Assembly (NCBI GenBank): GCA_963702845.1
Contig: OY969763.1
Location: 3,616,001-3,680,000, forward strand
Direction: 5' to 3'
Length of the DNA stretch: 64,000 nt
Origin: an uncultured Verrucomicrobiae bacterium
GTDB taxonomy: Bacteria; Verrucomicrobiota; Verrucomicrobiia; Limisphaerales; Palsa-1400
A model generated the notes under the pieces. The model was not told the DNA's origin, made no database searches, and worked only from the letters and a program-made list of their open reading frames with translations. This document shows positions 18,872-29,621 of this stretch, one piece after another. How positions within the stretch are numbered: position 1 is the stretch's first letter; the number at the start of each line of letters is the position of its first letter. Made by a program: the position numbers and the translations under genes.

Positions 18872-21133
18872 TTAGAATCCGCGGAAATTACGGCAGGCAA
18901 AAAGCTGGACGCGGCGCATCACTCCGCGATCGGCATATTTCACATCAAATACCCCGAGGTCCGTGACCGATCCGAACTCTTTTGCGATATCCGGAGGAGC
19001 CGGTTTAAGCTTCAACGGTTCGTGACTAAACAAATCTCCTTCGCGATTCCACCAGCGCTTCACCCAATCGTCGCGCAACGGCTCACGATCAATCTCTCTC
19101 ATGAAAATCGCATTGTCTCCAAATCGATTCGTGTAGCTTGGCCAAAAATAAAACTGATTCGCCGGATGCGTGCTTGCTTCGAAATAAACCAGCGGTGCGT
19201 TCGCCACATTGGTTTTCGCTTCTGGTAGATAAAACGTCACCTGCGCAGTGAATCCATAATGCTCACCAATGATGAATGTCGGTTTACCTTCAGTCGCCAA
19301 TTGCGTTCTCACGTCACCCACAATCGCGGCCAATTCCTTCCAGCCATGAACGCGATGCAACAGATCTTTTGCCGGCGGTAAAGATCGACCGAGCATTTTG
19401 TCAATGAGCTTAGTATCGTGCGCTAGCACCACGGCAAGCCCACCCACAACAAGGCCAAGCACAATTCCGAATTTCAGAACCCACCTCAACAACCTCAGAA
19501 TCCCCTTCGACCATCCCTGAACGCGTGGCCATATATTTTGCCACCAAATGACCGTCAGCGTGAACCAGGGAATGACCGCAGGAACAATCCAGTTTTCCAA
19601 AATGCGCGTGTGAAAACTCAGAATGAAATAAAAGACAACCACCGGTGCTCCCATAGCGAACAGATAAACGTGCAGCGGCGTGCGATTTCTTTTCCAACAT
19701 AATGCCACGATCGTGGCCAATGTTCCGATGACATAGATTGGGTTCAGCAGGCCAAATTCGCTCGATACGAATCGGCGTACGAACTTCCATTGCAACTGCA
19801 ACTTCTCGTGGAGATTTCCATCTGTTGCGACATGCTCCACGGTGATCCATCCGTGTTGCGCATTCCAAATCAGAATTGGCAATGAGCAGAGGCCGACAAT
19901 TAGCAATGCAAGATACGGTCCCGCCGTTTTCAAATGCTTACGCGCGATTGGAACCAATGCAAACACCAACACCCAACTCAACAACTGAAACAGGTTCGTA
20001 TACTTGCTCAGTAGTCCAAGTCCCATCCAGACGCCAACGAGTAACCAATCGCGCAATGTTCCATTCTCCTGAACCGCGCGCCAACCAACAATCATCGCCA
20101 GCGTGTAGAAGAAAACCGATAGCGGATCGATCGTCATCAGAATCGAACCTAGTGCAATTAATGGAGCCGTCGTCGTAATCGCAACCAGCCAAACACCTGC
20201 ACGGGCATTCGCGACCCTTGCCATAAAACGCAAAACCGCCAACGACAATAACGCTCCAAATACTGGAGAGAAGAACCGCACCCCAAATTCGCTGTCACCC
20301 CAGATGTGCGTGCCGAGCCACTGCGTGTGCGCGATCATCAATGGCTTGCTGTAATAAGAAAGCGCCGGATGCTTCGACCAAATCCACTGATAGGCCTCGT
20401 CCTCGCTCAGTTCGAGTTTACCCGAAGCGAGAAAAAGCAACCGCGCCAACAGCAACACGCCAATCAGCACATAACCAAAGCGCAACCATTGGAGCTCGCG
20501 GGTCGCCGGGGTTGCTTCAATGCGCTTCTCGCTCGTCAGCCTCGGCTCCAGCAGCGACGGCATTTTATTGAACCAAATCGGAAACCAGCGCGGGCCGAAG
20601 TTCTTCCAAAGCGCATCCAGCGACCAAACAATTCCCGCGCCGTAACCGGCACCCAGAATTGTCCCTGCAAGCACATCGCTCGGATAATGCACACCATTGT
20701 AAATTCGCGATAACCCAACGAGAACGGCGATTGGCAGCATCACCCAGATACTCCGCCGATAGTAGATGAACGCGATCATCGTTACCGAAAACCAATTGGC
20801 CGCATGCGCCGATGGCATGCTGTAGCTCCCACCCATTCCAACCCGGAGGCCGACGTCCGGTAATCCGAGGAACGGCCGCGGCCGCGCAACAGCGTGCTTG
20901 ATCGTGTTCACAATGAGCCCATCTCCAATAATCAGTCCAAGCACCAACATGATGGCGCAGACCGGTCCCCGTCGTCCGCCCCTCCACACGAGCAGCACGA
21001 CAGCGAGTGCGATAAAAGTGCCGAAGTGCGGCGGTGAACTGGCGAAGGGCATCAGCCAATCGAAAAACGAATTGGACAGCGACGCGTTGATGAACCGAAA
21101 AAGGTTCACGTCGATAGTTTGGAGCCAGTGCAT
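18872..21133 (-). CDS. PAP2 phosphatase fused to ArnT/GT39-like glycosyltransferase
   Basis: KHAVARPRP, PSAHA, SRIYNGVHYPSDV (PAP2); DEAYQWIWS, YYSKPLM, GLGLLSKYT (ArnT/PMT_2-like). Confidence 0.85.
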   Translation of the reverse strand: MHWLQTIDVNLFRFINASLSNSFFDWLMPFASSPPHFGTFIALAVVLLVWRGGRRGPVCAIMLVLGLIIGDGLIVNTIKHAVARPRPFLGLPDVGLRVGMGGSYSMPSAHAANWFSVTMIAFIYYRRSIWVMLPIAVLVGLSRIYNGVHYPSDVLAGTILGAGYGAGIVWSLDALWKNFGPRWFPIWFNKMPSLLEPRLTSEKRIEATPATRELQWLRFGYVLIGVLLLARLLFLASGKLELSEDEAYQWIWSKHPALSYYSKPLMIAHTQWLGTHIWGDSEFGVRFFSPVFGALLSLAVLRFMARVANARAGVWLVAITTTAPLIALGSILMTIDPLSVFFYTLAMIVGWRAVQENGTLRDWLLVGVWMGLGLLSKYTNLFQLLSWVLVFALVPIARKHLKTAGPYLALLIVGLCSLPILIWNAQHGWITVEHVATDGNLHEKLQLQWKFVRRFVSSEFGLLNPIYVIGTLATIVALCWKRNRTPLHVYLFAMGAPVVVFYFILSFHTRILENWIVPAVIPWFTLTVIWWQNIWPRVQGWSKGILRLLRWVLKFGIVLGLVVGGLAVVLAHDTKLIDKMLGRSLPPAKDLLHRVHGWKELAAIVGDVRTQLATEGKPTFIIGEHYGFTAQVTFYLPEAKTNVANAPLVYFEASTHPANQFYFWPSYTNRFGDNAIFMREIDREPLRDDWVKRWWNREGDLFSHEPLKLKPAPPDIAKEFGSVTDLGVFDVKYADRGVMRRVQLFACRNFRGF

Positions 21134-21161
21134 CGCTTGGTTGTTAGCGCGGAGACACTAG

Positions 21162-24041
21162 CTAACTGCCTAACGCCTCAAAAGCGTTTTTTAGCTGTTG
21201 CTGTTTGTTATGCCAATCGACGAGCCGCTGTTTGTGTTCGTCAATGACGTTGGCAGGGGCTTTGAGGAACGCGGGGTTCTTCAACTTGGCTTCCACTTTG
21301 TCGATCTCCGCCTGGACTTTCGCAAGCTCCTGTTCGAGCCGCGCCTTTTCCGCTGTGACATCGATCAATCCTTCGAGCGGCAAATATAAACTGCCCAAAT
21401 CAGCAATATGAACTGGCGTGCCCTTTGGTGGTTCGTATTCAGGATTAACGTCCAAAGATTCGGCATTGAGCAACAGCTTCATCACGGCGAGATCGTGCTC
21501 GGGCAGATCCTGCGCCGGCTTGAAAACAAACGGAACCCGTTTGCTCGCCTGAATGTTTGCCGTTTGCCGCAAATTGCGTCCGTTCACTATGAATGCGTTG
21601 CGGTCTTCGACGTATTTCAAATAGCAATCGTCGAGGCCGTAGAAATCGCGGAAGTCCTGGTCAAACGACTTCGGCCAGTTCGCGAACATGATCGTTTTAC
21701 CACCCTGGTTGTCCGGCAATTCCTGGTGGAAGCCCATGCCTTGCCAAAGCTCTTCGGTGATGAACGGCAAGAACGGATGGAACAAACGCAATGTGTTCGA
21801 CAAAACAAAATCAATGACGGCAAGCGTGTTCGCCTTGCGTGGCTCATCGGTGCTGTGCAAGGTCGGCTTGCAACTCTCGACATACCAGTCGCAAAACTCG
21901 CTCCAGAAAAATCGATACAGAACTTGTGCCGCCTCGTTAAACTTGTATTCGTTCAACGCCTCGGTCAGTTCGCGAATTGCTTGATCCAGCTTGAGCAGGA
22001 TCCATTTGTCGTCGTTCGTCAAAAGCTGCGGATTGATTTCGCCTTCCACTTCACCCGCGTGCATCTGACGGAACCGGCACGCGTTCCAAAGTTTGTTACA
22101 GAAGTTGCGCGCCAGTTCGACCTGCTGTTCATCAAACAATACGTCCTGTCCCAACGGTGCCGAGCGCATCACGCCGAACCGCAACGCATCCGCGCCGTAC
22201 GTTTTGATAAGATCAAGTGGGTCCGGCGAGTTGCCCAGACTCTTCGACATCTTGCGCCCCTGCTTGTCGCGGATGATGCCCGTGAAATACACGTTCCGGA
22301 ACGGCATCTCGCCCATGTATTCGTAACCCGCCATGATCATGCGCGCGACCCAGAAGAAAATGATGTCTGGGCCGGTGACGAGATCGGTCGTCGGATAAAA
22401 CTTCTTCAACGTGGGCGTCTTTTCCGGCCAACCCATGGTCGCAAACGGCCAGAGCCACGAGCTGAACCATGTATCCATCACGTCGGGATCCTGTTCGTAT
22501 CCAAGTTGCTTTAGTTCCTCTTCAAGTTCAGGCCAATCAGTCGCGACCGTAATTTTCAACCCATTCTCAACTGACACTAAGTCGAATCGCCAATTATAAT
22601 CTCCCATCGCAATACTTGTGTCCGCTGCATCCTTGGGCACGGGATTAGTTTTGCGGTTTACAGTTCCGGTAAGATGTTGGGCAGTGCCGGACTCTGGCCA
22701 AGCGAACAACTCTTTTGGACCAAGCTTCGGGCGTGCTGCCGCAAAGGTTTCTTTGGTGACAACTTTTGTCCATACCGGAATGCGATGCCCCCACCAAAGT
22801 TGCCGCGAGATGCACCAGTCCTGAATGCCTTGCATCCAGTGGGCATAAACTTTTGACCAGCGCTCGGGATGGAACTTCATGCTTCCATCTGCGACGCATT
22901 TGGTCGACGGCTCAAGGCTCGGATATTTCAAAAACCATTGTTCGCTCAGATATGGTTCGATCGGAACGCCCGCGCGTTCGCTGAAGCCAACATTATTCTC
23001 ATACGGCTTTTCTTCCACCATCGCGCCGATTTCTTTCAGCTTCTCGACGGCGACTTTGCGCGCCTCGAAGCGATCGAGCCCGCGCAGATCCGCGCCGGCC
23101 AAATCATTCATCGACGCGTCCGGATTCATGATGTTCACGAGCGCGAGCTTATGCCGTTGCCCGATTTCAAAGTCCGCCTTGTCATGCGCGGGCGTCACTT
23201 TCAACACGCCGGTGCCGAATTCAAAATCAACATGCTTATCGCCGATAATCGGAATCAGCTTTTGCTCCTGAGGCAATTCGACCGGCAGCGGTCGCACAAT
23301 ATGTTTCCCAATAAGATGCGCATAACGCTTGTCATGAGGATTCACCGCCACCGCTGTATCACCTGGAATTGTTTCCGGCCTGGTCGTGGCAATCGTCAAC
23401 CACGTATTCGGCTCTTCGGCAACCTGCACCTTGAAGTGATACATGAAGCCCTTCTGCGGTTTCATTTCCACTTCTTCATCAGACAACGCCGTCTGCGTCG
23501 CTGGACACCAATTGACCAAGCGCTTCCCGCGATAGATCAGGCCCTTCTTATAAAGATCAACAAACACCCTCGTGACGCACTGCACATATTCGGGGTCCAT
23601 CGTGAACCGCTCGCGTGTCCAATCGCACGAACAGCCCAGCTTCTTCAATTGATCGATGATGATGCCGCCGTGCTTTTCCTTCCACGTCCAAACGCGCTTA
23701 ATAAATTCCTCGCGCCCGATATCTTTCTTGGCCTTCTTCTCCTGCGCACGAATTTGCTTTGCCACAATGCCCTCGGTCGCGATCCCCGCGTGATCGGTCC
23801 CCGGCAACCAAAGAACTTCCTTCCCATCCATGCGCGCCTTGCGCGAGAGAATGTCCTGGATCGTGTTGTTGAGGACATGCCCCATGTGCAACACGCCGGT
23901 CACGTTCGGCGGTGGAATGACGATCGAGTATGCCGGCTTGGCAGAATGTTCGTTGCCGTGGAAGCACTTCTGCTCCAGCCAATAGGAATACCATTTCGAT
24001 TCAACCGACTGCGGTTCGTAAGCTTTTGGAATTTCAGCCAC
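21162..24041 (-). CDS. valS: valine--tRNA ligase
   Basis: PPPNVTGVLHMGH, DWCISRQLWWGHRIP, KMSKS, C-terminal coiled coil. Confidence 0.98.
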   Translation of the reverse strand: MAEIPKAYEPQSVESKWYSYWLEQKCFHGNEHSAKPAYSIVIPPPNVTGVLHMGHVLNNTIQDILSRKARMDGKEVLWLPGTDHAGIATEGIVAKQIRAQEKKAKKDIGREEFIKRVWTWKEKHGGIIIDQLKKLGCSCDWTRERFTMDPEYVQCVTRVFVDLYKKGLIYRGKRLVNWCPATQTALSDEEVEMKPQKGFMYHFKVQVAEEPNTWLTIATTRPETIPGDTAVAVNPHDKRYAHLIGKHIVRPLPVELPQEQKLIPIIGDKHVDFEFGTGVLKVTPAHDKADFEIGQRHKLALVNIMNPDASMNDLAGADLRGLDRFEARKVAVEKLKEIGAMVEEKPYENNVGFSERAGVPIEPYLSEQWFLKYPSLEPSTKCVADGSMKFHPERWSKVYAHWMQGIQDWCISRQLWWGHRIPVWTKVVTKETFAAARPKLGPKELFAWPESGTAQHLTGTVNRKTNPVPKDAADTSIAMGDYNWRFDLVSVENGLKITVATDWPELEEELKQLGYEQDPDVMDTWFSSWLWPFATMGWPEKTPTLKKFYPTTDLVTGPDIIFFWVARMIMAGYEYMGEMPFRNVYFTGIIRDKQGRKMSKSLGNSPDPLDLIKTYGADALRFGVMRSAPLGQDVLFDEQQVELARNFCNKLWNACRFRQMHAGEVEGEINPQLLTNDDKWILLKLDQAIRELTEALNEYKFNEAAQVLYRFFWSEFCDWYVESCKPTLHSTDEPRKANTLAVIDFVLSNTLRLFHPFLPFITEELWQGMGFHQELPDNQGGKTIMFANWPKSFDQDFRDFYGLDDCYLKYVEDRNAFIVNGRNLRQTANIQASKRVPFVFKPAQDLPEHDLAVMKLLLNAESLDVNPEYEPPKGTPVHIADLGSLYLPLEGLIDVTAEKARLEQELAKVQAEIDKVEAKLKNPAFLKAPANVIDEHKQRLVDWHNKQQQLKNAFEALGS

Positions 24042-24134
24042 AGGTCAGAATATTACAGGAGAGTTCGGCGAGGACAACTCTTGAGGTTTAGTGTGTCAGA
24101 TTGTCCCAAAGCAGCGCCAAAACTTTTCCGGGAA

Positions 24135-24310
24135 GGTGTATTTTGGTGTATTTAGGTGTATCCGGACGGTGGTTCTGCGGATTGATTAACATCTTTTGGT
24201 TTTGGTTTAAAAAAGTTTAAATTTGTTTAAATTAGGGTGGGCTGCGTGGATCGCAGGTAAATTTAGGCTCGGTTAACTTCGGTTAACCTCGGTTAGCTTC
24301 GGATTATCGA
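24135..24310 (-). repeat. three arrays of short direct repeats phased at 10 bp (valS upstream region)
   Basis: GGTGTA at 24135/45/55; GTTTAA at 24205/15/25; GGTTA at 24271/81/91 plus GGATTA at 24301. Confidence 0.85.
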
Positions 24311-24333
24311 TAACGCTAAACTGAGCATCCGGA

Positions 24334-24433
24334 TTTCAAAGAACATTACGGATTTCAGGTCTGGCCGAGAGTCCGCGGCCGGAATGCACCGGCGGTTGCT
24401 GCATAGACTATAGTGAAGGTACGACAGTGTCAA
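24334..24433 (-). promoter_or_regulatory. sigma70 promoter followed by GC hairpins and a boxA-like element
   Basis: minus strand TTGACA (24433-24428), 17 bp spacer, TAGTCT (24410-24405); TGTTCTTTGAAA at 24345-24334. Confidence 0.6.
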
Positions 24434-24499
24434 GCCGAACGTCGGCCTCGCATAGTTGAGTGTTGATGGATGAGGGAAGAATTAACCACGGATGGACAC

Positions 24500-24692
24500 G
24501 AATCAACGCAGATGGGATGAGCAGGTTGTTTGGGTGGTTTCGCCTTTCAAGAGAGTTTCGAAATGGGATGGTGCGAGTGGCGGAATCGATTTGCAGGTTT
24601 GTCATATGGTCGTATTTCTGGATGCGTTCGTTTGCGTAGTGCTTGGCTCCGGCCTGGAGCGCCCAATCTTTGAATGTTCGGACTAAGCCCAC
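24500..24692 (-). pseudogene. truncated small hypothetical gene fragment
   Basis: ORF MGLVRTFKDWALQ...LQIDSATRTI shifts frame (FETLLKGET) and runs into a CCACGGATGGACACG-type repeat. Confidence 0.4.
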
Positions 24693-24833
24693 GGGAAATT
24701 TATCTCACTAACGGCTAATTTACACTAGTCGGAACGAACTTGGGAGGTGGATGGCTTGTCGAAAAAACACTACGTGGGAGATGCCCGATTTCCCCTTTCC
24801 TCGAACCATACGATTCGTTAGCGTTTGGGTCTC

Positions 24834-26649
24834 ATGGGCGGCCGTTACGGATCAATCCATATTCGAACTGACGACCGCGACGCGGTGCTGCGCGCGCTGG
24901 ATAAATTCGAGGTGAATCTAACGCGCAACTTTCTGGTCGCTCCAGTGATCGATGGTTGGGTCACTGTTTTTCCGGAGCACAACGGACAAGATGCGGCCGT
25001 TTTCGAACCTTTAGCCAACAAATTGTCCGGTTACGCTCTTGTTTGCTGTTTGGTGCACGATGACGATGTATTCGCGTATTGGTTATACGATCGAGGGCAA
25101 CTCATAGATAGTTACAACTCTTGTCCTGACTACTTTGGTTCGAAAGAGCCCTCCGCTACGCGGAGGCAATGCGCAGTCGTTCCGTTTTCTCGTATCAGAT
25201 GCGACAAAACTCCGTGAACTGCAGAAAATATTGGATGCGGACCGGTTTGCTTTCGAGTTGGAGCGGCAAGACAAGTTTGCGGAAATATTGGGGCTGCCGA
25301 ATACGGCGTATGCGTATGAATATCTTCGGGCTGGTGAGACAGATGGCGTGCGAGGGTGGAAGAAGTTTGTCCATGTCCCCAATCTTGCTCCTGAAAAGGC
25401 GGCAAAGCGCGCAGCGAGGGCAAAGCTCAAAACCGACTTCAAACAGTTGCAGAGCGAAGGAATGTTGCTCGTCGACGAACTTGGCGAAAAGGGGAAGGTG
25501 AAGGGACGGTTCGACTATCCACTTTGGACGGCGAACCCTTCGACACCTGAAGTGCTGATGATGTGGAAGGACTCGGCGATGGTGAACCCGGAGGCCGGAG
25601 AGTGGCGGCGATTGTCTGGCCCGAATTGGCAAGAAGGTTCTTGCGACTGCCCGGCGGCTACAGATGCACGTGAAGTTAAGATCAGCCCCTCTGGAAGGTT
25701 ACTTGCAGAAATTTCACGACTTGGAGATCGTGTTAACGTGTGGGATTTGCGAGAGCGGAAAATCCTCCGCACAAAAACCTTTCCGCGAATGGCGAAGGGA
25801 CTGACATTTTCTCCTGACGAGAATTGGATATACACAGTTGCGCCACCAATTGAACTGCATCGCATCTCGCTTCGCTCTGGAATTGAAGACTGCGTGCTTG
25901 GAGGCGATTACGTCAGCTTTGAACACGTTGCTGTGCATCCGGATGGTTTGATGGCTGCAGTTGTAGACAACTTTGGTGTTCTTATCGCTGTCGATTTAAC
26001 GCAAATGCGCATTATCAATGAGGTTTGGATTAAAGAGACGAAGAGCCTGCTTTCGGAAAATCAGAGGGAAGAGTTAATTGCGCGAGCGTCGCAGAGTATA
26101 GTTGCCGAATTGAAGCAGCATTTGCCGCAATCGGAGGTTGATGAGCACATTAAAAGGTCAGCGCGTCATCATCTTCCAAAAGATGCGATCCGACTTTGCG
26201 GGTTCAGTCCCGATGGGAGATTCTTGTTCTGTGGAACACACGAGGGCGTTCGTGTACTTGATTTTAACGAGGTGCTTCGTTGTTCGAGAATGCAGCCCGT
26301 CCGTGTACAATCCGGTGCTGATGCCGACGAGTTGCCCGGAGACGATGCCTCTTACTCGGTTGGCCACAAGCTTGTCTATTGTATCGTATATGATGCGCTA
26401 GCTAACCGCATTATATTCTCTGGCGTGGAAGGGAAAATTAAGTTTTTGGATTTGGAGACGCAGAACGCGGGAGACTTGATTACCATCCCCGGGAGGCTGG
26501 CAATTTCGCACCTTGATCTCACTGCTGATCGATCGGCCTTCGTAACAACAGCGATGCGGGTGCAGTTCAAAGGAGCTGATCCAACGCCAACTCGTTTTCA
26601 ATTGTGGAATTATCGCGCACTGTGTGAACGAAACAACCTGCGTTGGTGA
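24834..26649 (+). CDS. hypothetical protein with C-terminal WD40/beta-propeller repeats; frameshift near 25145
   Basis: ORFs 24825..25217 and 25135..26649 overlap; ISPSGR, FSPDEN, VHPDG, FSPDGR repeats. Confidence 0.65.
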
Positions 26650-26975
26650 GTAGCCCCATCTACGCGTCCGTGAAAATCGGTCCACGATGTGATCACGCCG
26701 CCAAACGGTGAGAGTTGGGAATTGGGACCGCGACAGCCGCGCCGCCCCCCATTCAAAAAATTAGGGAATTTACCCAAGGTTTCAGGGCAATCCCACGGCC
26801 CGCGCCTACATCCTAGGCTATTATCATGTCATCCCTCTGGGATTTCAAAGTGGCTGCGCGAGGCCGGCTATTTTGCGGCGCAGCGGCCGGTGTTTGCGAG
26901 TAGGTGGCGATGTGGCCGGGTTATGGCGGATTCTGCGGTTGATTGAAGGATGATGGACCAAGACAAGTAAAAATC

Positions 26976-27000
26976 GGACGACGTGGAAGTCGTCCCTACC
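26976..27000 (-). repeat. GTAG-type REP palindrome
   Basis: minus strand GGTAG-GGACGACTTCCACGTCGTCC hairpin. Confidence 0.65.
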
Positions 27001-27066
27001 AGATTTTGGACGATTCCTAAATAGTTGTGAATGGTTAGCATCGCCTTGTGGCATCCTCATAAAACG

Positions 27067-28125
27067 ATGAGCGACTTCGTAAATGTCCGGTTCAGGTTCA
27101 CGATTACTTTGCTGTTTGGGTTCTTGCTGATTGTGTTTACGGGGCAGGCAGCGGAACCGGCTAGCTTGCGGGAGGCGGCGCAGGCGCGGGGCAAGCTGGT
27201 TGGGTTCGCGATGTTTGGTAAGCCCGGACGGGAGGCAAAATTTGATGAGACGGCGGCGCGGGAGTTTAATGTGGTGGTTTGCGAAAATGCGATGAAGTTT
27301 GGATGCGTTTGCCCCAATGCGCGGGGGCAATATGACTTCAGTGTACCGGATGCGATCGTCGGTTTTGCGCAAACGAATAATATGAAGGTGCGCGGGCATT
27401 GCCTAGTGTGGCACTTTCAGCAACCGCAATGGTTTTCGCGAGAGAATTGGTCGAAACAAGAAATGGCGGATATCGTCCATGAACACATTCGCACGATGCT
27501 CACGCGATACAAAGGGAAGGTTTTTGCGTGGGATGTGGTGAATGAGGCGATTTCGGATTCGGCAGGCCCGCGCGATATCTATCGCAAAGACAATTACTAT
27601 GACGTGCTTGGGCCGGAATATTTGGACATGGCGTTTCGTTGGGCGCGCGAGGCCGACCCAAATGCCAAGCTTTTTTATAATGAGTATGGGACGGAATTTG
27701 GCGGTGTGAAGTTTGAGAAGATGTATGAGATGCTCAAGGGCATGAAGGCGCGAGGGGTTCCGGTTGATGGTGTGGGGCTGCAAATGCACATCGGTCTAGG
27801 GGCGAAAGGCCAAACGAAGAAATTGGCCGACACGATCCGAAGATTGGGTGAGTTGGGCCTGGAGGTGCAGATCACGGAATTGGACGTTGCGATGGACTTG
27901 CCCAGCAATGCTAAAAAGCTGCAAACCCAGGCAGAAATCTTTGGCGACATAACAGCAATCGCAATGGAGGAACGCGCATGCACTGCATTGTTGATGTGGG
28001 GTTTTACGGATAAGCACTCCTGGCTGCCGCAGTTTTCAGATGGCAAACGCGGCTGCGGCTTGATCTTCGACGAACAATACCGGCCCAAACCCGCTTACAC
28101 CGCCATGCTCAAGGCGTTGAAATAA
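27067..28125 (+). CDS. endo-1,4-beta-xylanase (GH10)
   Basis: ENAMKF, RGHCLVWH, WDVVNEA, GLQMH, ITELDV; signal peptide. Confidence 0.93.
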   Translation: MSDFVNVRFRFTITLLFGFLLIVFTGQAAEPASLREAAQARGKLVGFAMFGKPGREAKFDETAAREFNVVVCENAMKFGCVCPNARGQYDFSVPDAIVGFAQTNNMKVRGHCLVWHFQQPQWFSRENWSKQEMADIVHEHIRTMLTRYKGKVFAWDVVNEAISDSAGPRDIYRKDNYYDVLGPEYLDMAFRWAREADPNAKLFYNEYGTEFGGVKFEKMYEMLKGMKARGVPVDGVGLQMHIGLGAKGQTKKLADTIRRLGELGLEVQITELDVAMDLPSNAKKLQTQAEIFGDITAIAMEERACTALLMWGFTDKHSWLPQFSDGKRGCGLIFDEQYRPKPAYTAMLKALK

Positions 28126-28236
28126 GTCGAAAGTCGAAACCGCAGATAGACACGGATGAACACCGATGGACTGCGAAGGTCGTGTTAGCGCTGCAATAGT
28201 TGGAACCGACGCCTGTTTCCGTCAATGTTTCGGGAT

Positions 28237-28731
28237 TTATACGGCAGCAGTCAGGGTTGCTTTGCGCGGCTTTTTAGAGCGGGGCAGAATTGATTTGGCA
28301 GCCAATTTCGGAGCTTTCTGTTTTGGGACCTTGATGACCGGGGCATTTCGATCTCGAAACGCGATGGCATCCTCGTCGAGCAAAATGAGATAGCGTCCGC
28401 AATTGCCGCAGGTCGCGGCGTCGAGGCCGAGGACCAAAGAATTGATCACGTTGAGTGGGACCTGGATTTGGCAGCCTTTGCAAACACCGTTTTGAACCCG
28501 CGCCACGCCTTTTTTCCCGCGCGAGAGGAATTTGTCGAAGTGATTGAGGATGTGAGCGGGAATCTGTTCACGCAAGGCCAGTGAGACGGTGGGGTCTTTA
28601 CCAGGCGTTTCGAGAGACATCGTTTGCAGCGTCAACAATTGCGAAATACATTTCTTCACAACTGACGTTGGTGCCGAAAGTTCGAGATAGCGAGACTTTA
28701 ATTTGGCGCCGCGAGGAACCTGCTTTAACAA
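28237..28731 (-). CDS. C4-type zinc-ribbon domain protein (start uncertain)
   Basis: GVCKGC...CGNCGRYL motif; lysine-rich tail. Confidence 0.7.
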   Translation of the reverse strand: MLKQVPRGAKLKSRYLELSAPTSVVKKCISQLLTLQTMSLETPGKDPTVSLALREQIPAHILNHFDKFLSRGKKGVARVQNGVCKGCQIQVPLNVINSLVLGLDAATCGNCGRYLILLDEDAIAFRDRNAPVIKVPKQKAPKLAAKSILPRSKKPRKATLTAAV

Positions 28732-29135
28732 ATGACTTCAAACTCGCCGACTTGACGGAAGTGTTTATCAAACGACGCCGCCCGCTGTAAACCAAGACGA
28801 CGCATGACAACGAACGACACAGCATCGCAAAACGAATATTGCTTGTCATTGTGCTGCCGCAATAAATCCAGCGCTTCTGATTCCTCGACTGGCGATATCG
28901 GCTCCCACTTCATCGCCCGATTCTGTTGGGCATCGTTGATTATTTGTAAACGGATCTGAGATGAGCGTGTGAAGTGCGCGTGGACTTCGGCAAAAACCAA
29001 ACTTGTGAACACAAGCTGCGTTCGCTCGGCGAGAAGTTGTCGGGTCGATTGGCGAGCCTTTTCATGCCACGGCTCCCGACAGTCGCGCAACGCAATCCAG
29101 AACGAAGAGTCTATAAAGACCTTTCCGGTCATCAA
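28725..29135 (-). CDS. vapC: PIN-domain toxin (VapC family)
   Basis: VFIDSSFWIAL, E, YSFCDAVSF, SFDKHF. Confidence 0.9.
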   Translation of the reverse strand: MMTGKVFIDSSFWIALRDCREPWHEKARQSTRQLLAERTQLVFTSLVFAEVHAHFTRSSQIRLQIINDAQQNRAMKWEPISPVEESEALDLLRQHNDKQYSFCDAVSFVVMRRLGLQRAASFDKHFRQVGEFEVIC

Positions 29136-29614
29136 CGCTTTCGCTCCTCTTCTTCCAATTTGCTGATCATCTCGTCGTAAGCTTTGGCACTCGCCGGATT
29201 TTCAAAGTAATCGTCCGGCAACGGCGGCGCCTCCACCCACTCGCCCTTTTGCTTAATCCATTTTTTCGGGCCGCCGTAGAGGTAATGATCATGGTTGATC
29301 GCGCCGTCCTCAGGGCCCATGAAATTTGGATCAGCCGGCTGATCAAGCAGCGGGTTGTTCATCCAAACGTCATCCGGAAGCTCCATTTTTTCATCGATGT
29401 AATCGCGAATAACCGCAGCCATCGGTGTGCCCAGGCGCGATGCTTCTGCCTGCACGAACTGATGTTCCTGCCTGCTCAAGTATATTTGCGTTCTAATCAT
29501 TGGGCTCCCTCCCAGCGTTTCTTCAGGCCGCAGCGCCAGCGCGTCCCGCAGCATCGCACCTTGCGGTTTATGCGCAGGATATTTTGCGGACTTAACCTGT
29601 TTCTTCGCTTTCAT
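29132..29614 (-). CDS. RHH/CopG-like antitoxin with extended termini
   Basis: MIRTQIYLS...MAAVIRDYID RHH pattern; NHDHYLYG; overlaps the vapC start. Confidence 0.75.
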   Translation of the reverse strand: MKAKKQVKSAKYPAHKPQGAMLRDALALRPEETLGGSPMIRTQIYLSRQEHQFVQAEASRLGTPMAAVIRDYIDEKMELPDDVWMNNPLLDQPADPNFMGPEDGAINHDHYLYGGPKKWIKQKGEWVEAPPLPDDYFENPASAKAYDEMISKLEEEERKR

Positions 29615-29621
29615 ACATTCC

